This document shows positions 28,620 through 37,842 of a DNA stretch of 64,000 bases, piece after piece. This stretch comes from an uncultured Pirellulaceae bacterium. Its GTDB lineage: Bacteria; Planctomycetota; Planctomycetia; Pirellulales; Pirellulaceae. How positions within the stretch are numbered: the first letter of the stretch is position 1; each line of letters begins with the position of its first letter. Below the pieces are notes generated by a model. That model searched no databases and was not told where the DNA came from. It saw only the letters and a list, made by a program, of their open reading frames with translations. The stretch spans positions 99,898 through 163,897 of the forward strand of contig CALKGE010000003.1 in the NCBI GenBank assembly GCA_938084685.1. Direction: 5' to 3'. The position numbers and the translations under genes were made by a program.

Positions 28620-30281
28620 TTATTTATGGAGAGTCGGTGGTGCAAACGATTTTGGCAGCGGAAAAGCTGAGGTGCGATCGATTTGCTGAGAGGCATTCCT
28701 GGCTGGACTCTGGCCACGAATCGTGTCGTAGCCCGGTTGGGTTGCTGACTCAGGGTTCGGGGCGGGAGGGAGCGCCCGGGGTTCGTTACGTGTCTGGATT
28801 TCTTCGGTTCGTACAACGATCGTGGGAGGCGATCCCATCGTGGTTCCATCGTTAAACAGGGAACTGTGGCGGAGGCGGCGTTCGCTTGAGAGAACGTCCT
28901 GATTGCTTGCCAGGTAGCCTGGGATTAACGAGAGTCGATTGAGTACGACAGAGTTTTTTGTATGTGGAGAGATTCCCGAGATGTGTACTGCGATTTCTCC
29001 GACTTTGAATTGCTCACCTTCGTCGATGTTGAAAACGACTTCGAGTTCTCCTGGAGTTTCCTGAAAGCGGATATCGGCGGATATTTTGGAATAGATATAT
29101 CCGAGTTTCCCGTACAAATCGCGAATTGATTCGACGTCACCATTAAGTTGTCCACGAAGAAAGAAATCGTTGTTGTTGGTAGCAATTAATTCCTGGATTG
29201 ATTGTTTGGAGACCTGTTCGTTTCCTTCCACTCGAAGTGAGGTGATGCGGTACCTGGGACCTTCGTTGACGATGAATCGCAAAGTGACCCAGTGGCCGGA
29301 ATCGTCGTAGTCTATCTGGCGTCCGACGGTAGCCTGGAAATATCCCAGATTTCGATAATAGGCGACAAGTTTTTCCATGTCACTTTCAATTCGGGACGGA
29401 ATGTAATCACCTCCGACGAGCCAATTTGAGAGTCGTGCTTTGGACTCAAACAGAGTTAAGAGCCTGGCATCCTGAGCTAACTGTGGATTGTTGCCGACAA
29501 CTTCGATGGCAGCTATTTTTTCCTTTGGACCCTCACTGATATAAAAAAGGACATCACGTTCACCTGGCTTGAGTCCTTCCAGAACTTCAACATGAGCTTT
29601 GGGGAACCCATGTTCGTGATAGAGCTCTTTGATTTTTCTGGTTGCATCTTCGATCGAGAATAGATCGAGTGCATCTCCCGCCCTGAGGTCAGTTTCCTTG
29701 GTGAGTTTTTTATCCAGATACCAGCGGTTGCCAATAAAACGGACTGAGGCGATGGTTGGACGCTCGAAGATTTCAAATGTCAGATGCAGTCCCAGATTGG
29801 ACTGTTTGACTAACAGCCTCACGTCCCTGATGAGCCCTGTACCGTAGAGTGCTCTGACGTCCTGCTGCACGATGGCGGAGTCAAAAGACCGATCAATTCG
29901 CGACTTTATCGTTCCATACAGACGCTCGTCTGTGAGGAATTTGTTCCCTTTGAATTCGATGGATGCGATGGGTGATCCGTGGTATTTAAGATGTTGTTGT
30001 TCTTCTTCTTGCTTCAGTTCATCCATGGTTTGCGGGTTACTGTTTCTGGCAGGCCCACGTACTCCTGGAGTGCCTGGTTGCCGATTCAGACTCTGAGGTC
30101 GCGGTGAACGGGCGCCAGCAGGCAAAAGTCCACTTGCGGGTTGCACTTCGCTTGTAGACCCGGGACGGAATGGTTCGTCGGTTTGGGCGAAAAGAGGTGA
30201 AGTCAGACAGAGTATTGCCAGATAACTTACCACGATTCGGGCAGTGAAAACGTGATTACCAGTGAGTTGAGTAGGGGTCAT
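28620..30281 (-). CDS. Periplasmic five-POTRA-domain protein (the BamA N-terminal part) with no beta-barrel
   Basis: 553-aa ORF with signal IVVSYLAILCLTSPLFA/QT and a Pro-rich spacer. Five POTRA-like repeats begin at IASIEFKGN, IASVRFIGN, IAAIEVVGN, ITSLRVEGN and VGEIAVHISG. The stop lies 7 nt before the barrel gene start. Confidence 0.85.
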   Translation of the reverse strand: MTPTQLTGNHVFTARIVVSYLAILCLTSPLFAQTDEPFRPGSTSEVQPASGLLPAGARSPRPQSLNRQPGTPGVRGPARNSNPQTMDELKQEEEQQHLKYHGSPIASIEFKGNKFLTDERLYGTIKSRIDRSFDSAIVQQDVRALYGTGLIRDVRLLVKQSNLGLHLTFEIFERPTIASVRFIGNRWYLDKKLTKETDLRAGDALDLFSIEDATRKIKELYHEHGFPKAHVEVLEGLKPGERDVLFYISEGPKEKIAAIEVVGNNPQLAQDARLLTLFESKARLSNWLVGGDYIPSRIESDMEKLVAYYRNLGYFQATVGRQIDYDDSGHWVTLRFIVNEGPRYRITSLRVEGNEQVSKQSIQELIATNNNDFFLRGQLNGDVESIRDLYGKLGYIYSKISADIRFQETPGELEVVFNIDEGEQFKVGEIAVHISGISPHTKNSVVLNRLSLIPGYLASNQDVLSSERRLRHSSLFNDGTTMGSPPTIVVRTEEIQTRNEPRALPPAPNPESATQPGYDTIRGQSPARNASQQIDRTSAFPLPKSFAPPTLHK

Positions 30282-30618
30282 TCGAATCCTTCCATGCGAA
30301 CATGGAACCCAGGATGTTCCTTTTACGAGCAGGGAGGGTAAATATCTCCTCGCCTAATAATGGGTGCGTAGCTCAGGCCCGCAAGTTACGCCAAAAAATA
30401 ACGGAAAAAGCATGATGACAGCAAGACAGATTTCGAGCTGATGGCCGTTGTTTATCCGCAAATCAAGCTGATTTGCGTTTGGTAGAGAGCCTGCGGCAGG
30501 TTGGATAAGCTGGTGAAGGTGGGGCCTGTCGGGGTCTTCGCAGGAAAGGCGTCAACGAGAGATTTGAACGGTTTGCTGGGGGCTTGGGGGCTTGGGATCC
30601 TGGGGGCCTTGGATCATC

Positions 30619-32121
30619 CTAGAAAGGGTCGCTACCAGCCATGGCTTCAGTACCGGAATTAAAGTCATCAAAGGCCTGGAGGCGTTCAGGAGCTTTATCG
30701 ACAAAGCGAGTAAAGTCTTTTTGCCACTGCACTTCGATTTCTCCAACAGGACCATTACGTTGTTTGGCGATAATGATTTCGGCTAAACCAGCATATTGTT
30801 CCGCGTCTTCGCCTCGTCGGTAGTATTCTTCCCGGTGGATGAACATGACGACATCGGCATCCTGCTCGATCGCTCCGGATTCGCGGAGGTGGCTCAGTTT
30901 CGGGCGATGGTCTGAAGAGCCTTCCGCCTGGCGGTTCAATTGAGCGAGGCAGAGGACGGGGACTTTGAGGTCTCGGGCGAGTCCTTTCAGTCGTCGAGCG
31001 ATTCTTGCTACTTGTTCCTGCCGCGGGTCCCGGGGGTTGTCTGGTTCGATTAGCTGCAGGTAGTCGATGACAATAAGTCCCAGTTGGCCATTGTACGTTC
31101 TCTGAATACGTCGTGCCGCCGATGCGATTTCACTTACGGTACGAGTTGGTGAGTCGTCCACATAGAGTGGTGCATTGGCAAGCTCACCTGCTTTCTGAAC
31201 CAGTTTAGCGCGTTCTTCATTTGAAATCGTACCGTTGCGCATTTTGTGGCCGTTGACCTGTGCGGCACTGCAGAGCAGGCGATCACAAAGTTCAAGTTGG
31301 GACATTTCCAGGCTGACAAACAAAACAGGAGCTTTGCCCCGGTGGCAGACGTTTTCGGCGATGTTCATAGCCAAAGCAGTTTTACCCATGGAAGGCCGTG
31401 CTGCCAGAATAATTAATTCGTTGGCATGGAACCCCCCCATCATGCGATCCAATTCAGTGAAATGTGTTTCTACCCCATCTTCCGTTTGTTCGCCGCTCAT
31501 TCGAGCTTCCATCCGGTCCATTGCTTTATGCAGGATTTCGTCGAGCTTTGAGACAGTTTGTCCGCCGCGGGCATCTGCAATGCCAAAGACCTTTTGTTCA
31601 GCCTGATTGAGTAAGGCTCGGCAATCCACAGCCTGTTCATAGGCATCTTTAAGGATCTCGGTTCCCACATTGATTAGTGAGCGGTAGATGGCTTTTTCGC
31701 GCACAATTTCTGCGTAGTAGACAGCATGTGCGGCATTGGGAACTGCGCCTGACAGTTCACCCAGATATTTTGTTCCTCCGACCAGATCATAGACATTTTG
31801 TGACATGAGTTCGGCACGAACTAGCATGGCATCAAGTTTTTTAGCAGCATCATGCATGTCGAGCATGACAGAATAAATCCGCCGGTTGGCTTCGTCGAAG
31901 AAATCATCCTTGTAAAGTACGAGCAGGATTTCGTCGATGATATCCGGCTTGAGGAGGATACTGCCTAGTACTCCACGTTCCGCATCCAGATCATAGGGTG
32001 GCTGCCGCTGAAGAATATCCGCGGTTTGCTGGATAGAGTTATTCTGTTGTTTGGGATCTTTAGCCATTGATCGATGTGAAAGTAGGCGACCGTAGTGATT
32101 TGAAGAGGGGTGACCCCCCAT
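30619..32121 (-). CDS. dnaB: Replicative DNA helicase DnaB
   Basis: 500-aa ORF with PPYDLDAERGVLGSILL, Walker A (ARPSMGKTALAMN), DYLQL and REEYY. The start may instead be M19 (nt 32067, MAKDPKQ). Confidence 0.95.
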   Translation of the reverse strand: MGGHPSSNHYGRLLSHRSMAKDPKQQNNSIQQTADILQRQPPYDLDAERGVLGSILLKPDIIDEILLVLYKDDFFDEANRRIYSVMLDMHDAAKKLDAMLVRAELMSQNVYDLVGGTKYLGELSGAVPNAAHAVYYAEIVREKAIYRSLINVGTEILKDAYEQAVDCRALLNQAEQKVFGIADARGGQTVSKLDEILHKAMDRMEARMSGEQTEDGVETHFTELDRMMGGFHANELIILAARPSMGKTALAMNIAENVCHRGKAPVLFVSLEMSQLELCDRLLCSAAQVNGHKMRNGTISNEERAKLVQKAGELANAPLYVDDSPTRTVSEIASAARRIQRTYNGQLGLIVIDYLQLIEPDNPRDPRQEQVARIARRLKGLARDLKVPVLCLAQLNRQAEGSSDHRPKLSHLRESGAIEQDADVVMFIHREEYYRRGEDAEQYAGLAEIIIAKQRNGPVGEIEVQWQKDFTRFVDKAPERLQAFDDFNSGTEAMAGSDPF

Positions 32122-32235
32122 TGTACTCTATTCTGGAATGGGGCAAATAAAATGAGGAGTATTCCAAACAGAAAGCCCTGCTCAAAATGAAGCAGGGCTT
32201 TGCTGGTGGGTTTTGGAAGCGGGTTTTTGAGGGTA

Positions 32236-32757
32236 TTATTCTTCGCCAGCCGGGGGTACGACCCAGACTTTCAACTCCGCCAGCTCGATATCCTGATGTA
32301 GTCGGATATTCACAGGGAACAGCCCATGTTCCTTGATGTGTCCATCAAGTAAGACATGTTCGTTATTGACGTTAATATCTTTGGATCGCAGAGCTCCTAC
32401 GATTTCCGAGATGCCCACGCTACCGTAGAGCACTCCTTCTTCGTTGGCTTTGGATTCGATGGTGACACTTTCATCATTAATCTTGTCGGCGATTTCACGC
32501 AGACCGGCAAGACGAGCTTCCTGTTGGGCACGAATTTTGGCCCGATGTTTTTCTACCATACGCTTATGGTGTTCGGTCGCGATGGTTGCCAGTCCTTGTG
32601 GGATCAGGTAGTTATTGGCAAAACCAGGTTTGACTTCAACGATATCACCAGACCGTCCCAGGTTGTCGACCGACTGGATCAGCAGAAGTTCAATACCTCC
32701 GTTAGGGCCTTTAGGAAGGCGTTTTAATACTCGTTTTTGTTCAGGGCTTCTTGGCAT
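32236..32757 (-). CDS. rplI: 50S ribosomal protein L9
   Basis: 173-aa ORF with the core LLLIQSVDNLGRSGDIVEVKPGFANNYLIPQGLA. It carries an N-terminal extension. Confidence 0.9.
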   Translation of the reverse strand: MPRSPEQKRVLKRLPKGPNGGIELLLIQSVDNLGRSGDIVEVKPGFANNYLIPQGLATIATEHHKRMVEKHRAKIRAQQEARLAGLREIADKINDESVTIESKANEEGVLYGSVGISEIVGALRSKDINVNNEHVLLDGHIKEHGLFPVNIRLHQDIELAELKVWVVPPAGEE

Positions 32758-32797
32758 GAGTTTAATTCACTTCAAAACAGTAATCCGAGGAATATTC

Positions 32798-33349
32798 TTA
32801 AAACGGGATGTCGTCATCGGCAGGCGGCATTCCCTGGGACGCTGGAGGATCGTTGTAAAATCCTGGGCCATTGTCCTGTTGGGGAGGTGTAGACTGAGTG
32901 GGGTTTCCATAGGACCTATCACCATCGTACTGGTTACCCGAACCTCCATAATCTCCTGAGGCTGGCTGGTTCGATGAGTTGTGGTCTCCACCTCGCGGAG
33001 CTCCGCCACCACCGCCGCTGCGAGGCAACATCTGCATCCGTTCTCCGGTTACACGCAGTCGACTGCGTCGTTGACCGGTTTGTTTGTCTTCCCATTGGTC
33101 GAGTCGGAGTCGACCTTCGATCATGACTCCGGACCCTTTTCCAAGGTATTGGTCGGCAACTTCGGCCTGACGTCCCCAAAGGGTAACATCGACAAAAGTG
33201 GTCTCATCCTGCCACTGTCCGTCCTGGCCTCGTTTGCGATCATTTACAGCCAGCGTCACTTCTGTTACAGCTGTCTGATTTGATGTGTACTTTAACTCGA
33301 CGTCTCGCGTCAGGTTACCCATCAGGATAACTCGATTAAAGCTTGCCAT
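32798..33349 (-). CDS. ssb: Single-stranded DNA-binding protein
   Basis: The OB-fold start is MASFNRVILMGNLTRDVELKYT. It has a Gly/Pro/Gln-rich tail ending in the acidic tip DDDIPF. Confidence 0.95.
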   Translation of the reverse strand: MASFNRVILMGNLTRDVELKYTSNQTAVTEVTLAVNDRKRGQDGQWQDETTFVDVTLWGRQAEVADQYLGKGSGVMIEGRLRLDQWEDKQTGQRRSRLRVTGERMQMLPRSGGGGGAPRGGDHNSSNQPASGDYGGSGNQYDGDRSYGNPTQSTPPQQDNGPGFYNDPPASQGMPPADDDIPF

Positions 33350-33508
33350 TTGCCAACACTCCTTCGTTGCATGCCTTGCGTTTTATGTGATTTTCTTGCG
33401 ATTTTGGCGCAGTGTATCAGAGCAAAACTACAAGGGCAAGCAAATCATCGTATTTATCAATCGGTCTCCCGAAGGCTAAACACTGGGACTCGTTTTGTTG
33501 CTGGCACG

Positions 33509-33910
33509 TTATTTGGCAGCAACTTCTGTATTTGTTTCTGCATTGCCCTCGGCAGTTTCTTCCGATGCTTCTGCAGGAATCTCTCCCTTTGCATGCGCAA
33601 TCAGGTGATCTACCAGTCGCGGGTCGATCTTCAGCGTCAGGCTTCGCATGACGTTTTCGTTGAGTTGAATTGCTCTTTCGAACTCACTCAACTTCGTCCC
33701 GTCCAGTCGGAAGTAGGTTAACCAGTAGGTGCCTTTACGGTGTCCATTGATTGGGTAAGCCAGTTTCTGCTCGCTCCACAATCGCGAAACCAGGCTCTCT
33801 CCACCGAGAGACGATACCGCATTATCGATAGACGCCTGAGCTCCATGAGGATCTCGAGCGTATCGGTTGGAATCGAGAATGAACATGCATTCGTAAACGT
33901 TTGCAGCCAA
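33509..33910 (-). CDS. rpsF: 30S ribosomal protein S6
   Basis: 133-aa ORF with YECMFILD...WSEQKLAYPINGHRKGTYWL. It sits upstream of ssb, as in the usual rpsF-ssb cluster. Confidence 0.9.
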   Translation of the reverse strand: MAANVYECMFILDSNRYARDPHGAQASIDNAVSSLGGESLVSRLWSEQKLAYPINGHRKGTYWLTYFRLDGTKLSEFERAIQLNENVMRSLTLKIDPRLVDHLIAHAKGEIPAEASEETAEGNAETNTEVAAK

Positions 33911-33979
33911 TGTAATATCTCCTAGTACCTCTTCACACGATTCTGGGAGTACGTTTCCCGTGTCCAGGGTTTGGTGAAC

Positions 33980-34567
33980 TTAGGAATCTTGTGAGTTCGT
34001 ATTATGTTTCTGGTTGTACCGGTTCATACAGAAATCAATTCCGTGTTGAACCCAATCTGCTACCGCTCCCGCTGCCCGTTGTACGATCTGTTCGATTTCG
34101 GGCATTTCGGATTTGGTGAACTTGCTTAAAACGTAGTCCGCCGTATCCCATTGGGGTGGTGGCTGGCCGACACCGATTCGCAAGCGAGGGACCTTATCGG
34201 TTCCCAGTTTGTGAATGATGTCTTTGAGACCGTTTTGTCCACCGGAGGAACCCTGAGGTCGAAACCTCATCGTACCAACCGGCAGGCTGATATCATCGCA
34301 AAGGATGAGTATGTCCACAGGGGACAGTTTGTAAAAATCGCTCGCAGGCCGAACACTCCGCCCGCTAGCGTTCATGTACGTCAGGGGGCATAGTAACAAC
34401 CCTTTTTCCGTACCGAATTGTGCTTCTACTATCTCTCCTTCGAATCGGGCTCGAGGCTTGCTGGTTGCGTGCCGCTGAGCTAATTCTGCCAATACTTGCC
34501 AACCGATGTTGTGACGGGTGTCCTGGTATTTCTTGCCGGGATTTCCCAGTCCAACGATTAGTTTCAT
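33980..34567 (-). CDS. pth: Peptidyl-tRNA hydrolase
   Basis: The track ORF extends to 34768, but its first 67 codons are Arg-rich junk that overlaps rplY. The start is revised to MKLIVGLGNPGKKYQDTRHNIGW (nt 34567). Confidence 0.9.
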   Translation of the reverse strand: MKLIVGLGNPGKKYQDTRHNIGWQVLAELAQRHATSKPRARFEGEIVEAQFGTEKGLLLCPLTYMNASGRSVRPASDFYKLSPVDILILCDDISLPVGTMRFRPQGSSGGQNGLKDIIHKLGTDKVPRLRIGVGQPPPQWDTADYVLSKFTKSEMPEIEQIVQRAAGAVADWVQHGIDFCMNRYNQKHNTNSQDS

Positions 34568-34623
34568 GGCACCAGGGGAGTCAATAAATTGTCTGTTTAT
34601 GTTAAGCAGACGATGACGAATGT

Positions 34624-35274
34624 CTATGCGTCGTCGTTGCCAGTTTCTTCGTCCGCTGCCGGTTGCTCGGCAGGTGCTGCTTCTTCCGTGGTTGCGTCTT
34701 GTGCTTCTGTCGTGGCTTCTTCTGCAGGAGCTTCTTCTTCCGCCGCGGGTGTCGCGATCACACCACAAGTGATAATGACAGTTGCAGGATCACTGAGAAG
34801 ACTCACACCCTCTGGCAATTCCAGATCACCCAGTGTCAGGCTATCACCTGAGACGAGTGAAGAAATGTCTGCTACCAGAGCTTCCGGAATATTCATTGCT
34901 TGTACGACAGCTCGTGTCTGACGGAGAACCTGATTGATCGAATCCTGAGCATCACCTACCAGAGTGATTATCAGCTCGGTCTCAATCGTTGCGTTAGCAT
35001 CCATTCGAGTTAAATCGATGTGCAAAACGGTAGTTCCTAATGCATCCCACTGAAGTTCCTGGATTTGAGCACTTTCTGTGACAGCGCCTTCCATTTGAAT
35101 GTAGGGCTGATTATTACGAATCGCTGAATTGACTTGTCCTTCAGGAATCGAAAGGTGAACCACCTCTTTTCCCTGTCCATAGAGAATGGCAGGAACCTTA
35201 CCTGCTCGACGCAAGCGTCGAGTATTTGCAGAACCTGTTAATTCTCGCGTTTCTGTTTGAAACAATTCCGCCAT
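34624..35274 (-). CDS. rplY: 50S ribosomal protein L25 / general stress protein Ctc
   Basis: 216-aa ORF with RRLRRAGKVPAILYG...VHL and an acidic Ala/Glu-rich C-terminal tail. Confidence 0.9.
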   Translation of the reverse strand: MAELFQTETRELTGSANTRRLRRAGKVPAILYGQGKEVVHLSIPEGQVNSAIRNNQPYIQMEGAVTESAQIQELQWDALGTTVLHIDLTRMDANATIETELIITLVGDAQDSINQVLRQTRAVVQAMNIPEALVADISSLVSGDSLTLGDLELPEGVSLLSDPATVIITCGVIATPAAEEEAPAEEATTEAQDATTEEAAPAEQPAADEETGNDDA

Positions 35275-35644
35275 GGAATTCTTCCTCTATTTAACTGAAA
35301 GTTGTTTACGATTTGAATTGTCTGTTTAGGAGTTCCCCCGAAGGGATACTCGCATCGAGGTCTAACTCGAATTTGGCGCTCAAATCTCTTGAAATCCCTC
35401 GAAATTGTGGGTTGTTCAAAAACTTACCCCCCCAGATTTCAGGTAGAGGATTGAATTTTTGAGATCGCCGCAGTTAGGTCATAAAATTTTACGACCGGCC
35501 ACCATCCAGGCTTTCTAGAGGGGTCAAACAGACCATTTTGCCATAAAGACTGTGGATTACAAGTCCTAATGCCGAGTATCCACCCCACAGAAACCAAGAT
35601 TTTTATGAGGTTTTCCTGAGCGGAATCAGAGTTGGTTTTGGCAT

Positions 35645-35959
35645 TTATTCAGTCGAGCGAAAAACGGCGACAATGTCGTCGACAGGGACCACGAATAGCT
35701 GGTTATCGTGTTCGAATTCAACTGGAATGGCATCTTTTGGGTGAAACAGGACCTTGTCGTACTGCTTGAGCGGCATTTCATCATCATTTTCGACGACTGC
35801 GGAGATTGCCACGATCCGGCCCGTGATGGTTGGGATTTCGGCAGCATCTGGCAAGGCAATACCTCCACGTGTTTCACGTTTGGGCTCATCTTTGCGCACC
35901 AGAATACGTGCTCCGATAGGTTCAACGGTTTCGTAGGTCTTGCGTTTTGCCATTGTCAA
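35645..35959 (-). CDS. groES: Co-chaperonin GroES (Cpn10) family protein, stand-alone
   Basis: 104-aa ORF with VEPIGARILVRK....TRGGIALPD....GRIVAIS....YDKVLF......DDIVAV. No groEL is adjacent. Confidence 0.8.
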   Translation of the reverse strand: MTMAKRKTYETVEPIGARILVRKDEPKRETRGGIALPDAAEIPTITGRIVAISAVVENDDEMPLKQYDKVLFHPKDAIPVEFEHDNQLFVVPVDDIVAVFRSTE

Positions 35960-36054
35960 GGTGTTACTCCGAAGGAGAGTGGTTGGAGAAAGTGACGGAG
36001 ACTGGGGCAGTTATCAATGAGCCAGTCCCGGGAGTTGGAAATGTAAAGTGCCGA

Positions 36055-37014
36055 CTATTGAGGCTCGTAATTTGCAAAAATATCACTGATCGACTGGTCA
36101 TGGTGTACTCGTTTAATGGCTTCTGCCAGTAAGGGTGCCACGGTCAGTTGTTTAATCTTTTTAACATTCGCTGCTTCTCCAAGTGGTATTGTGTCGGTAA
36201 CTACCACACTGGTGATCGGACTTTTTTCCAGTCTTTCGAGTGCCGGACCACAAAAAACTCCGTGCGTGGCGGCAACATGTATCTCACTTGCTCCGGCCTC
36301 TTTGACCAGTTCTGCCGCTCCGCAAATACTGCCTGCCGTACTGATCATGTCATCGAACATCAGTGCCACTCGCCCTTCAATCGGCCCCCCGATCAGGTTT
36401 TCCTGAGTGGTTTCCAGAGCGCTGGCACGACGTTTGTCGACGATGGCGAGTTTACCTCCGAGTCGTCTGACATGGCCGATTGCCCGTTTGATACTTCCTT
36501 CATCTGGGCTGACCACGGCCAGATTATCTTCCTGAATTCCCTGATCAATGAAGTATTTGTTTAACACGGGAGCTGCGTACAGGTGATCCACTGGTACGTC
36601 GAAAAACCCCTGGATCTGAGCAGCATGCAGGTCCATGGTGAGGACACGGTCAGCACCCGCTCGAGTGATCAGGTTGGCACAGAGTTTGGCTGCGATGGCA
36701 ACTCGTCCTTCATCTTTTCGATCGGACCGAGCATATCCAAAGTAGGGGATGACAGCGGTCACGCGCGAGGCACTCGCTCGTTTGAAACTATCAATCATGA
36801 TCAGCAATTCCATCAGATTGTCATTCACCGATGGTGACGTCGGTTGGATGAGGAATACATCCCGGCCTCGTACGTCTTCTTCAATCTTGCAGTGTCGTTC
36901 ACCGTCAGGAAACGTACTCAGCGTGATATTACCGAGCGGGAGGTGCAGGAATCCACAGATATCGGCTGCAAGTTTAGGGTTGGCGCCACCACTAAATATT
37001 TTCAGTTCACGCAT
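36055..37014 (-). CDS. prs: Ribose-phosphate pyrophosphokinase
   Basis: 319-aa ORF with KIFSGGANPKLA, the FPDGE-like motif FPDGERHC, YFGYARSDRK, and the PRPP loop MFDDMISTAGS. Confidence 0.95.
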   Translation of the reverse strand: MRELKIFSGGANPKLAADICGFLHLPLGNITLSTFPDGERHCKIEEDVRGRDVFLIQPTSPSVNDNLMELLIMIDSFKRASASRVTAVIPYFGYARSDRKDEGRVAIAAKLCANLITRAGADRVLTMDLHAAQIQGFFDVPVDHLYAAPVLNKYFIDQGIQEDNLAVVSPDEGSIKRAIGHVRRLGGKLAIVDKRRASALETTQENLIGGPIEGRVALMFDDMISTAGSICGAAELVKEAGASEIHVAATHGVFCGPALERLEKSPITSVVVTDTIPLGEAANVKKIKQLTVAPLLAEAIKRVHHDQSISDIFANYEPQ

Positions 37015-37842
37015 TTAATAACCCAGCTTTCTCATTTCTTCTTCCACCAGCAGTAGTTGCTCCTGTGTGTTGACACTGAGCGCTTCGCATGGCTGTAATA
37101 CCGGTTTTGCATCAACAGACTCTCCGTGGTCCAGCAGGATGGCGGGACAGTCTGTCAGGTAGTATTCGTTCTGTGTATTTTCCGTCTTTAACTTACTTAA
37201 AGACCATTGTAAGTGATGTGAGTCAAAAACGTAGGTACTCATATTGACTTCATGGATACTCCGCTGTGCCTCGCTGGCGTCGTCGTGTTCCACAATCCCG
37301 CAGAAGGACCCTTCCGGATTGCGTACGATTCTCCCCAACCCGGTTGGGTCATCACAGACCAGGGAGCCGAGCACGCAAGCCAATTCTTCCTGGCGTTGTA
37401 AATGGAGTAATGAACGCACTGAATCCGCTTGAATCAACGGAGAATCCCCTGTGACCACAAGCACAGGACCATCATGGGATGCCAACTGACCCAGGCACAC
37501 CTGGACGGCATGCCCGGTCCCGAGTTGTTTATGCTGTGTCACAAATACGATATCCTCTTCTCCGTCAAATTCCTGTCGTACCAGATCTTCACGAAAACCG
37601 ACGACGATCACGATTTTTGTGACGCCTGCCTGCCGGAGTGTTTCCACGACGTGGCGAACCATCGGCTTCCCACATACCGGCAATAGCACTTTTGGAAGCT
37701 CGGAATTCATTCGTGTTCCCTGGCCAGCCGCCAGCACGATGGCCAGAGTTTCCTGAGGTACCAGAGTGGATGAATTTTGCTTGACAGCGGTGTCGGACAT
37801 TGCTGTGTGGATTTGTGTTTTGAGCGAAACAGGTGACCCCAA
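37015..37842 (-). CDS. GlmU-like sugar-1-phosphate nucleotidyltransferase, N-terminal uridyltransferase domain only
   Basis: 275-aa ORF with LAAGQGTRM, KVLLPVCGKPM, QLGTGHAV, VVTGDSPL and NEYYLTD. The ORF ends where the left-handed beta-helix acetyltransferase domain of a full GlmU would begin. Its stop abuts the prs ATG. Confidence 0.8.
   Translation of the reverse strand: MGSPVSLKTQIHTAMSDTAVKQNSSTLVPQETLAIVLAAGQGTRMNSELPKVLLPVCGKPMVRHVVETLRQAGVTKIVIVVGFREDLVRQEFDGEEDIVFVTQHKQLGTGHAVQVCLGQLASHDGPVLVVTGDSPLIQADSVRSLLHLQRQEELACVLGSLVCDDPTGLGRIVRNPEGSFCGIVEHDDASEAQRSIHEVNMSTYVFDSHHLQWSLSKLKTENTQNEYYLTDCPAILLDHGESVDAKPVLQPCEALSVNTQEQLLLVEEEMRKLGY

Noticed and set aside
28613-28849. The N-terminal 79 codons of track ORF 26984..28849, which overlap the 3' end of the POTRA gene in another frame
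   Set aside because: The translation is Arg/Pro/Ser-rich junk. A Met followed by a textbook lipoprotein-type signal occurs at codon 80, 7 nt after the upstream stop. When I counted bases by eye around 28798-28801 I got one T more than the ORF track implies, so I treated the track as authoritative. I flagged the homopolymer as a place to check for an indel.
30455-30477. Perfect 9-bp hairpin cgcaaatca/tgatttgcg downstream of dnaB
   Set aside because: It is not followed by a T-tract on the minus strand, where dnaB would need it. The evidence is too weak to call a terminator.
34568-34768. The 67-codon N-terminal extension of the pth ORF
   Set aside because: It is an Arg-rich, low-complexity translation that overlaps the rplY coding region. 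The canonical Pth N-terminus (MKLIVGLGNPG) starts at nt 34567.
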